The translations under genes and the position numbers were made by a program. This document shows positions 54,088 to 61,764 of a stretch of 64,000 nt of DNA, piece after piece. The notes under the pieces are model-generated. The model saw only the letters and a program-made list of their open reading frames with translations. It was not told the DNA's origin and did not search any database. The stretch is from a virus: positions 16,820 through 80,819 of IMG/VR virus record IMGVR_UViG_3300014348_000112; one strand, written 5' to 3'. The first letter of the stretch is position 1; each line of letters begins with the position of its first letter.

Positions 54088-56268
54088 CTATTCGTGGACG
54101 ACGCGCTTGAGACGCGCCAGCCAGTCATCGGCCATCGGATCGTCGCCGGCCTTGGCCTCTACAGCCTCTTTCGACTTCGTGGCCCGGTACTCGTCGCCGG
54201 CTTGGAGGCGACGCACGGTCGCGCGGGGCAGGTTGGCTACCTTCTCAGCGACCTTGGCCTCGTCGGACTGCTTCATGGCCTGCACGTCCTGCGCGTTCTT
54301 CTCGACGACGGTGCGCAGGGATTTCACATCGTCGAGAGCGGCCTTGAGCGCAGCGGCGATCTGGTCGAGCTGCCCCTGGATGGCGCCGGCGGCCTTCTCG
54401 GCCACCGCATTCAGCGCATCCTCGGTCAGCACCAGCTCGTACTCGCCGCCGTCCAACGAAGGCGCCTTAGCGGCCTTCTCCATGTCTTCCTCGTCGTCCT
54501 CTTCGTCGGCCGGGACGACCTCATCGACCGGGGCCTCGTCGTCCGGGGTGGCGGCTTCGGTGGTCTCTTCGTCTTCGTCCTCGCCATCCTCCGGCTTAGC
54601 AGACGCCTTGGCCCGCACGCCTGCCTGCTTCAGCATCTCGGCGTTGGAGTCGAGCTGGTCCAGAATTGTCACGGCCAAGTCTATGCCCAGCACGGTCTCC
54701 AACTCCTCACGCTTTTCCTGGCTGATTTTCGCCATCTTGCTTACCTCCGAGAGTTGTAGAGCCGACCACGGGAAAGCCGCCCGCTCCCTGCGCATCAGGC
54801 TCCGTTCCAAAATCGCACCAGGCGGGGTGTACACCCCGTCGGGCGAGCGATTCGCATAGAGAAACTTGATCGAGGCCCCCGTCTCTTTGGCGTGGGCCTT
54901 GTAGTAGCTGGCCGCGCGCCGGCCGGCTGGCGTGTCGTCGAAGGTGCCGCTCTCCAGCAGGAAGCCCGGCTCTCCCACGACGGCCTGGTAGTCGCACTCG
55001 CCGATCTTGGCGCCAGGGATGTGGAAAATCAGCAGCGGCCCGCGCTGCCGACTCTTGTCGGCCACGGCCACGGCTGAGCGCAGGAACTCGGTGCTGACGA
55101 CTTCCTTGTCGCGATCCTCAAAGCCGCCGCTGGAGATCAGCACCCAGCGGGTCTTGCCGTCCGGCTGGTCGAAGGCTTTGAAGGAGACCAGGGTGGGCAG
55201 GTCGGCGGCTTTCTCCTCGTCTTCCCACAAGTCAGCTTCGCCCAGCCTTTCAGAAACATAGCTTACATCGCCCACGTCGCCCCAGTCGGGTGCCTTGATG
55301 GACTCGTATTTCTTGACGCGCTTGCCGATGCTCTTCAGCAAGCGATCAAAATCCGTCCTGTAGCGACGGTATGCTTCCGGCGCGGTCTCGCCTTTCCGGA
55401 CAGCCGTATCGTACCCCTCGTACGCGTCATCGTTTGCCAGGGGAGCCTCAACGTCGGCCAGCTTACTTGTGACATGAGAAATGTCGCCCACGTGAGCCCA
55501 GTCGGGGTCAGATACATCCTGACTTAGTTTGTCGGAAATCTTCTCTATCATGGCCTGAGCCGACCGGAGCCGCGCTGGCATCGTCTTGGCAGCAGAGTCG
55601 CCAGGGTCGCCCAAAACGCCTTTAGGTGGCTTGACGGGTCCAGCTATGATTTTGCCGGCCGGGCCGTCTCCCTTCTTGCCGCCACCCTCGCCGGCTCCGT
55701 CCTTGGGCGCGAACTGGCCGCCGCGCGGGTCGCCCTCTGGGTGACGTTCTACCATCGACTCGTCAAAGCGCCGCTTCTCGACCGCCTCGCCGGCCTCGCC
55801 ATCCTTCCACGCCTTGACCGCCTCGTCGCCGTACACGGCCCGCAGCCGGCCCAGGAAGTCGGCCCGGTCTGTGTCCGCGTCTTTCTCCTCGACGTTGGCG
55901 TACAGCGCGGCCTGGTAGGCCAGCGCGTCCTTGCGGTCGGGGTAGCACTTCATCTTGCCGGCCAGGCTGCCGTCGTCGTTCATTTGGTAGACGCAGTGCT
56001 GGCCATCCTCTTCAACCACTTTCCACGGCATGATTGCCTCCTGCGCCGGCTCCTGACCGCCCCACACCTGGTTGATGCCAGGCGGCTCGTCTTGCTCTTT
56101 GTGGGCCAGGGACGCCCTGACCGCTTTCCATGCCGCCCGGTAGGCGGTCTTCTCGTCGTCGCTGCCGGCGCCGTTGAACACGTCAACCCACTGCTGGCGC
56201 AGGGGCTTGGCCATGCGGCGCACGGCCGGCGGCAGGTCCTTGTCGTTGGGGCCGATGAAGGCAGCCAT
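54088..56268 (-). CDS. ChaB-like + tag + prohead protease-like + acidic scaffold fusion
   Basis: DLPPAVRR...WVDVFN...AYRAAWKAV (ChaB-like); VEKRRFDESMVERHPEGDPRGGQF; WVLISSGGFEDRDKEVVS...HIPG; acidic coiled-coil C-terminus before the capsid gene. Confidence 0.68.
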   Translation of the reverse strand: MAAFIGPNDKDLPPAVRRMAKPLRQQWVDVFNGAGSDDEKTAYRAAWKAVRASLAHKEQDEPPGINQVWGGQEPAQEAIMPWKVVEEDGQHCVYQMNDDGSLAGKMKCYPDRKDALAYQAALYANVEEKDADTDRADFLGRLRAVYGDEAVKAWKDGEAGEAVEKRRFDESMVERHPEGDPRGGQFAPKDGAGEGGGKKGDGPAGKIIAGPVKPPKGVLGDPGDSAAKTMPARLRSAQAMIEKISDKLSQDVSDPDWAHVGDISHVTSKLADVEAPLANDDAYEGYDTAVRKGETAPEAYRRYRTDFDRLLKSIGKRVKKYESIKAPDWGDVGDVSYVSERLGEADLWEDEEKAADLPTLVSFKAFDQPDGKTRWVLISSGGFEDRDKEVVSTEFLRSAVAVADKSRQRGPLLIFHIPGAKIGECDYQAVVGEPGFLLESGTFDDTPAGRRAASYYKAHAKETGASIKFLYANRSPDGVYTPPGAILERSLMRRERAAFPWSALQLSEVSKMAKISQEKREELETVLGIDLAVTILDQLDSNAEMLKQAGVRAKASAKPEDGEDEDEETTEAATPDDEAPVDEVVPADEEDDEEDMEKAAKAPSLDGGEYELVLTEDALNAVAEKAAGAIQGQLDQIAAALKAALDDVKSLRTVVEKNAQDVQAMKQSDEAKVAEKVANLPRATVRRLQAGDEYRATKSKEAVEAKAGDDPMADDWLARLKRVVHE

Positions 56269-56864
56269 CAGCGGTTGGCCTCCGCCATGCGGCTGGCCAT
56301 GTTGCTCAGCATCTGCTCGACGCGCGCCCGGAAGTAGGCGTCGGTCTCTGGCGCCGTGAAGGCCCGCTCCATGAAGTGCCAGGGCTTGATGCCCCGCACT
56401 GAACCGGCAAAGTTCATGTACACGTCGCGCTTCGGCTCAGCCTGCGCCTTGCCCCTGCGGTAGCGCACGCCGGAGGCGATGCGCCGGCCACCCGGTCCCA
56501 TCTGCTGGCCGGTCGAGCGCCAGGCCAGCGCCTTGGCATTCTTGGGCCGGATGCGGTCGTGCGGGTCAGGCACGCCGATGGCGCTCTCGTGGTAGATGCC
56601 GGTGCCGTACTCAACCCAGCGCGCGTAGTGCTTGTTGGTGCCGACCTCGATCCAGGAGTAGCTGGCGCCGGGCTGCTTGACCGGCCCGACGGCAATCGAG
56701 CGCCCCAGTGTGCCGGTACGGCCAGAGACGCCCTCGCGCGGCGGGTACTGGGCCGCCTTGGCCTGGACGAACTTGCCCACGTCCTCCAGCGCGGCCTTGC
56801 GCTCGGCGCGCATGGTGCGGTAGACGGCCGGGAAGTTGATGCGCTTGGTCGCAACGTAGGCCAT
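56268..56864 (-). CDS. HK97 gp10-like neck/tail-completion protein
   Basis: RTGTLGRSI...VGTNKHYARWVEYGTG. Confidence 0.78.
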   Translation of the reverse strand: MAYVATKRINFPAVYRTMRAERKAALEDVGKFVQAKAAQYPPREGVSGRTGTLGRSIAVGPVKQPGASYSWIEVGTNKHYARWVEYGTGIYHESAIGVPDPHDRIRPKNAKALAWRSTGQQMGPGGRRIASGVRYRRGKAQAEPKRDVYMNFAGSVRGIKPWHFMERAFTAPETDAYFRARVEQMLSNMASRMAEANR

Positions 56865-57097
56865 TAGTAGATTGCCTCCGGGTCGAAGGCCGTCTCTTGG
56901 TAGGAGAGCACTTGGCCGCCGAACGCCTCAGCCGCCGCGCGGGCCGCGTTCAAGTCCGGATTGGGGTCAGAGCCGGCCGGCCCGTTTGGGTCCAGACGCG
57001 CGTTCAGCATGGTCTCGGTCAGCGGGTTGGCCGGGCAAGACCAGCGGTAGCCGTCTATGGTGGCAGTGTCGCCCAGGATGGTGATCGTCGCCGGCAT
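56864..57097 (-). CDS. 77-aa protein downstream of the MuF toxin-like domain (candidate immunity protein)
   Basis: GAGGAG RBS 2 bp after the MuF stop. Confidence 0.65.
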   Translation of the reverse strand: MPATITILGDTATIDGYRWSCPANPLTETMLNARLDPNGPAGSDPNPDLNAARAAAEAFGGQVLSYQETAFDPEAIY

Positions 57098-57099
57098 AG

Positions 57100-59004
57100 C
57101 TAACTCCTCATCAACTTCCAGATCAGGTCGAAGTGGTCAGGGTCATCGTTGGCAAACTTGGCTGGAATGTAGCGCATGGCCTCGATGCCCATCGAAACCA
57201 CTTCGGTAGCAGTAATCTGAGTACCTTTGCCACCGTAATAGACTTTGCCTACATAGGGGTCGTAGAAGGAATCAGGGATGGCAATTTCGTCATCGGCATA
57301 GCCGCTGTCCGGTCGAAGGTTGCGCAAAAAAGCACCCGATGAGTTAATAGTGCGCCGGCGATAGAAGGCGACCGCCTCGTCCAACGCGCCAGTCGCTGTT
57401 TCCTCGAAATGATGACCCAGCTCGTGAACGATTTGCGAACTGGCAAACGCGCCCTTGATCGACGCTTCTGCTTGGTCTAGACGATCAGCAGAGAAATAGG
57501 CAGCACGTCCGGTCGTGCCAGGTAAAATCAGCACCTTGCCTGCTGCCTTGCTGCCAACTAGCCGGTTAAACTCGGCGAAACCCTGAGTGATAGCTTCGCG
57601 CTGTCTATCTGTAATCGCGTCGCTGAACTCTGGCGTCACCGTGCCAGGCGTCTTGGCCCACAACAGACTTAACTGGTCATCAACAAACTTGGAATGAAGA
57701 TCATTCTCGGCGCGATACATGGCTTCGATGCGCCGCCTCATACCGTCAATGACTTGTTCGCTTTCCTCGGTCCCTGCTACACCGTCGGCCAGTTGCTTGC
57801 TAAAGGTCTGACTTGCTTCTTCGACAAGCCGATCCTTTTCAGCAGTGAGCCGGGCCAGATCGTCAGCGTGGCGCTTCTTGATCTCCGCCAGCTTCGCCCG
57901 CACCTCCGGCCCAGTCATGGCCTGTCCCGTGCTGCCGGCTGGGCTGCTGCCGGCGCCTTCGGGCGCCCACTGGCCGCCGCGTTCGTCGCCGGCCGGGTAG
58001 CGCGGCTGGTCGGGGTTGTAGCGCTTCTCGACCTCGCCCGGCATGGTGGGCAACGGGTAGGGCCGGGTGCGAGCTTCTAGCTCAGCGGGGTTCGCATTCA
58101 GCCAGCACCTACACGCGGGATGCGATGGCGGCTTGTAGTAGCGCCCGTTTTCCGGGTTCAGAATGCCGGTCGTCAGGTTGCCCACCTGATTATGTAGAGG
58201 CCGGCAGACCTTACATACCCTTTCATCCCGTGCAGTCTGCCAGGTGAAAGTTTGCAGCCCTGCCGCCTTCAGGCCGGCCATGCGGGCTTCCGCGTAGACG
58301 CGCGTCGTCTCGGTCTGGGCGATGACGCGCGGCCGGTCTACCAAGTTCGGATAGGGGTTGGTGGGCACCAGCCGCCACACCTTCTCGGTCAGCTCCTCGA
58401 AGTCCTGGTCGCTGGCGATCCAGCGGCTGATGGTGCGCCCCAGCATAGTCTGGGTGGAGGCGTTGATCCTCGTCACCAGGTCGTAGCGGTACTTCATCGC
58501 CCACTGCTCGGCGGCCCGGTCCCAGATGTCCCAGGACAGCTCGACGCCCAGGTCGGCCAGTTGCACCCAGATCGACTTCTTGGCCGTGCCGATCACGCCA
58601 TCCAGCACTGGCGTCAGCCCAGCCCACAGCCGGCCCTGCTCCTGGCCCCAGTCGAGGCCGATGGTGATGGCGATCTGCCGGCGTATCTTGCGGGCCTCCT
58701 CCAGTGCCTTGCGGTTAGCGCGCAACTGCCGGCGCAGCCGCACCCACTGGCCGGCGAAGAACAGGAACATGGCAGCCTGGATCAGCTTCTCGCTGTCGCG
58801 CCGCTCTTCGTCCAGCGGGTCGTCGGCGAAGGTGGTCTCCTCTTTGGCGGCCACGCGCGCCACCTGCGCCGGCCGGGGCAGGAAGGGCATGGTCTCCCAG
58901 TAGGGGCGGATAGTGTCTTCCGGCTCCAGCGCGGCCGACCAGAACCAGGCATCGCTGCCGGTCAGCTTCTGGCCGTGGCGCGCGTCTATCACTTTTTGAG
59001 CCAT
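57100..59004 (-). CDS. MuF / SPP1 gp7-like head morphogenesis protein with a tag and a C-terminal HExxH metallopeptidase-like domain
   Basis: IAQTETTR...WQTARDERVCKVCRPL...HPACRC (MuF); VEKRYNPDQPRYPAGDERGGQW; IVHELGHHFE...TEVVSMGIE. Confidence 0.85.
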   Translation of the reverse strand: MAQKVIDARHGQKLTGSDAWFWSAALEPEDTIRPYWETMPFLPRPAQVARVAAKEETTFADDPLDEERRDSEKLIQAAMFLFFAGQWVRLRRQLRANRKALEEARKIRRQIAITIGLDWGQEQGRLWAGLTPVLDGVIGTAKKSIWVQLADLGVELSWDIWDRAAEQWAMKYRYDLVTRINASTQTMLGRTISRWIASDQDFEELTEKVWRLVPTNPYPNLVDRPRVIAQTETTRVYAEARMAGLKAAGLQTFTWQTARDERVCKVCRPLHNQVGNLTTGILNPENGRYYKPPSHPACRCWLNANPAELEARTRPYPLPTMPGEVEKRYNPDQPRYPAGDERGGQWAPEGAGSSPAGSTGQAMTGPEVRAKLAEIKKRHADDLARLTAEKDRLVEEASQTFSKQLADGVAGTEESEQVIDGMRRRIEAMYRAENDLHSKFVDDQLSLLWAKTPGTVTPEFSDAITDRQREAITQGFAEFNRLVGSKAAGKVLILPGTTGRAAYFSADRLDQAEASIKGAFASSQIVHELGHHFEETATGALDEAVAFYRRRTINSSGAFLRNLRPDSGYADDEIAIPDSFYDPYVGKVYYGGKGTQITATEVVSMGIEAMRYIPAKFANDDPDHFDLIWKLMRS

Positions 59005-59975
59005 AGCACTCCGCTCCAGTCGCCGTGGCCGAATTGGTCCAGCATGAACGCCTTGCCGACCTCGTACTCGCCGCTCTTCACTTCGTCGTTGGCAATGTCC
59101 CGGTGGGAGACCTTGACGCCCGGCAGCTTGAAATTGGCGAACTCCTGCGGCGAAGTGAAGTCAGGCAGGTCGGGCAAGCTGCCGGCCTCCACGCCCAGGC
59201 GCGTCAGATAGCGCCGAAACTGGCGGTTGTAGACACCGACCTCTTCAGGCCGGTAATACTGAAAGCCCTTCTTGGCCCAGGCGTAGCGGCCGATGGAAAT
59301 GTCGGCAAAGAGCCGGATAGCGTCGATCTCGGTCTCTTTGGCCATGACCTCGATCTGGCGCTCGTAGAGCTTGTGGGCCAGGTCGTGATCCTGGAACTGC
59401 GGCTCGAAGATCATCTCCTCGTTGTAGCAAATCTGGTGCTGCCCCTCGTCCATGATGAGGCGCTCGGCTGTGCCCACCGGGGCGCCGCTTGTGTCAAACC
59501 ACTCGGCGCGCACAATGAAGGCCGGCTTGTGAGCGCGCGGGTTGGAGTAGAGCTGGTCGCCGGTGTAGACCTCCAACTTGGCCACGTAGCCGTCCAACTC
59601 GAACATCTGGCGCAGCTCACCCTCGTCGATGCCCAGGCCGTCCATTGCCCACCGGCAGTCGCCCTTGCCCTTCTCGCGGTAGACGATTTTGGTGGGCCGG
59701 GCCGGCTTGGCCGGCCGGAGGGCTTGCCGGGCCTCAGCGCCGCCGGCCGCCGCATCGTCGGTCCACTGGCCGCCGCGCTCGTTGCCGGCGGGGACGCGCG
59801 GCTGGTCGGGATCGAACTTGGCCGCCACCTGCCAACCGCGCGCCGCTGCCATCGCCTGCACACGCTCCAGGTCCAGCAGCAGGTCGGCCGGCAGCGCCAC
59901 GCCGTGGGCGCGCGCAAAGGCAGCCGTCGCCAGGACAGCCTGCGCCGCGCGTGCGCCTTCGGCGGGAGCGATCAT
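58989..59975 (-). CDS. Tag-bearing GNAT-like acetyltransferase protein (paralog of 41856-42698)
   Basis: AAKFDPDQPRVPAGNERGGQW; QFQDHDLAHKLY...IRLFADISIGRYAWAKKGFQY. Confidence 0.68.
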   Translation of the reverse strand: MIAPAEGARAAQAVLATAAFARAHGVALPADLLLDLERVQAMAAARGWQVAAKFDPDQPRVPAGNERGGQWTDDAAAGGAEARQALRPAKPARPTKIVYREKGKGDCRWAMDGLGIDEGELRQMFELDGYVAKLEVYTGDQLYSNPRAHKPAFIVRAEWFDTSGAPVGTAERLIMDEGQHQICYNEEMIFEPQFQDHDLAHKLYERQIEVMAKETEIDAIRLFADISIGRYAWAKKGFQYYRPEEVGVYNRQFRRYLTRLGVEAGSLPDLPDFTSPQEFANFKLPGVKVSHRDIANDEVKSGEYEVGKAFMLDQFGHGDWSGVLWLKK

Positions 59976-60158
59976 CTAGTCCTTGCCCTCCGCCTTGTCG
60001 GCGTTGGCCCAGAACTCGGCGTGCATCTCGACCCAATCGGCCTCGGTCGCGTCGCCGGTCTTGCCGCCCATCGCCCGCACCATGTTCTGAATCCAGGTCT
60101 TGTATGCCTCCAGGCTGCGGTCGGGCGGCCTGGTGATGGCGAGCTTGTTAGCACTCAA
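59976..60158 (-). CDS. 60-aa hypothetical protein (candidate partner of the upstream tagged gene)
   Basis: TTG start after GGAGG; LSANKLAITRPPDRSLEAYKTWI... Confidence 0.55.
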   Translation of the reverse strand: MSANKLAITRPPDRSLEAYKTWIQNMVRAMGGKTGDATEADWVEMHAEFWANADKAEGKD

Positions 60159-60873
60159 CGCGCACCTCCTGCATGTTCTTGATGTCCCAGTAGGCGATCT
60201 GGTCGTGTTCACAGGCCAACCGCTGAGCCTCCTCCGGCGTCTTGGCCCGGATCGACACGTCCAGCCACACAGTGTCGGTCTCGGTGTCCAGCCAGCCGCC
60301 AAAGAAGTGGTTGTCCTCGACCAGCGCGTCGTTGTTGCGGTTGACGTAGCGGCCGAAGCGCTTTTCGCTGACCTCGGCCTGCTTCATCGTCTCGCTGCGC
60401 TCCGGGTAGGGCGAGACCATGTAGCCGTCGCTGGGCGAGTAGTCATCGAAGGGCTGGTAGGAGAAGCCGCCCGACTCGACCATCAGCGAGATCAACCCGC
60501 GCGCCTCGACCTTGCTGAAGCGCCCGCGCCGGTCAGGGGAATGCACGTCGCTGGTCCACTGGCCGCCGTCCGGGCTGCCCTTGGGCGCGCGCGGCTGGTC
60601 GGGGTCGTAGCGCTTCTCGGCGCTGCCGGCCGGCGGGAAGCCGAACGTCGCGCGCAGCCGGTCAACCCAGCTCAGCGCCTTCTCGGCCTGGGTCGGCTGC
60701 TCAGCGGCCGGCTCTGGCGCAGCGCTGGCCTCAGCCGGCAGGCCGAACGCGCCGCGCAGCTTTTCCATGATCTCGGCCTCGGTAAGGGGCCGGTCAGGCA
60801 GCGACGTGGTGTTGGGGCCAGGTTCGTAGGGCGGGAGACTGTCAGGACCGTCAATGCCTTTGTATGCGGCCAT
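60148..60873 (-). CDS. Tag-bearing protein with an unknown C-terminal domain
   Basis: GGAGG RBS; AEKRYDPDQPRAPKGSPDGGQW; C-terminal GGWLD...WLDVS...AYWD. Confidence 0.75.
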   Translation of the reverse strand: MAAYKGIDGPDSLPPYEPGPNTTSLPDRPLTEAEIMEKLRGAFGLPAEASAAPEPAAEQPTQAEKALSWVDRLRATFGFPPAGSAEKRYDPDQPRAPKGSPDGGQWTSDVHSPDRRGRFSKVEARGLISLMVESGGFSYQPFDDYSPSDGYMVSPYPERSETMKQAEVSEKRFGRYVNRNNDALVEDNHFFGGWLDTETDTVWLDVSIRAKTPEEAQRLACEHDQIAYWDIKNMQEVRVEC

Positions 60874-60878
60874 ACTTA

Positions 60879-61754
60879 TTATTGCCTCCTGTAGTCGTAA
60901 CCGAGTACCATCGCAAGTTCCATGTTTATTCCGTGACTATGCTCTTTCCATGCGCTCCGTGCGCTGACTTTGCCCATCGTCACAAGTGCCTGGTATCGAG
61001 GAAATTCTTTCATTTTGATTTCATTCCACTCGTTGAAAACATACTTCTGGTCTTCCGGCATAGGATCATTCGCGTTTTTCCAAAGTGTGAGTTTCTTTGT
61101 AGAAGGACGTTTTGATGCTGTGTAAACCGCGCCGTCATGGCCAATCACCACCATGTGCAACGAAGGGGTAGACAAGAAAAGACGAATGTCAGCATCAGAA
61201 AACGACGCCGAGAACGGGTGATTATGAACACTAAGAAACGCCTTTGAGTCTTCTATGGCCCCGATGTCGCTCACACTGTCTTCGTTGCCGGTCGTATCAC
61301 TCAAAACGTTTCCGGCTGCGTCCAGCACAATTAAGCGCTCGTTGCCGGTTTTCAGTCCGTGATCCTGAGCCGCGTTAAGGGCCTGAGCCAGCGCGAAGCG
61401 GGCGTCAGGCGAAATGTCGTAGATACCTGCTTCTCCGTTGCTATTTGCGCCACCATCGCTCTCGCCACCCCCGCCGCCATGCACCGACTGCGGCGTCCCT
61501 GTGCCGGGATGGTCGCCTGGGCCGGCGTGCTTCTCCGCCTCTTCGCGCCAGTATGCGTACAGGTAGCGTCCGGCGACGTGCTGCTCGATGTAGTCAAATG
61601 CCTGGCGCAAGGACGCCTTGTCAGTGACCTGGCTCCAGTCGTACAGGGACTGCACCGCACCGTCAACAACCGCCGCATCACCAGCGACAGAGGCGGCGCC
61701 CAGGTCGCGCTCGTCACCGCTACGCTCTAGCTTGGTAAACACAATTTTCGTCAT
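60879..61754 (-). CDS. JAB/MPN-like protein with a divergent AEKHAGPGDHP linker
   Basis: GNERLIVLDAAG...SVHNHPFSASFSDADI; AT-rich C-terminal domain. Confidence 0.72.
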   Translation of the reverse strand: MTKIVFTKLERSGDERDLGAASVAGDAAVVDGAVQSLYDWSQVTDKASLRQAFDYIEQHVAGRYLYAYWREEAEKHAGPGDHPGTGTPQSVHGGGGGESDGGANSNGEAGIYDISPDARFALAQALNAAQDHGLKTGNERLIVLDAAGNVLSDTTGNEDSVSDIGAIEDSKAFLSVHNHPFSASFSDADIRLFLSTPSLHMVVIGHDGAVYTASKRPSTKKLTLWKNANDPMPEDQKYVFNEWNEIKMKEFPRYQALVTMGKVSARSAWKEHSHGINMELAMVLGYDYRRQ

Positions 61755-61764
61755 GGTCTACGCC

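Noticed and set aside
24323-54859. Long + strand ORFs (24323-26143, 30938-32530, 45450-47072, 48814-50163, 52559-54859)
   Set aside because: Antisense shadows of well-supported - strand genes; low-complexity Arg/Ala/Gly translations.
38107-61754. JAB genes as part of a CBASS or other Ubl defence operon
   Set aside because: No CD-NTase, E1/E2 or Ubl gene nearby; the context is the virion operon.
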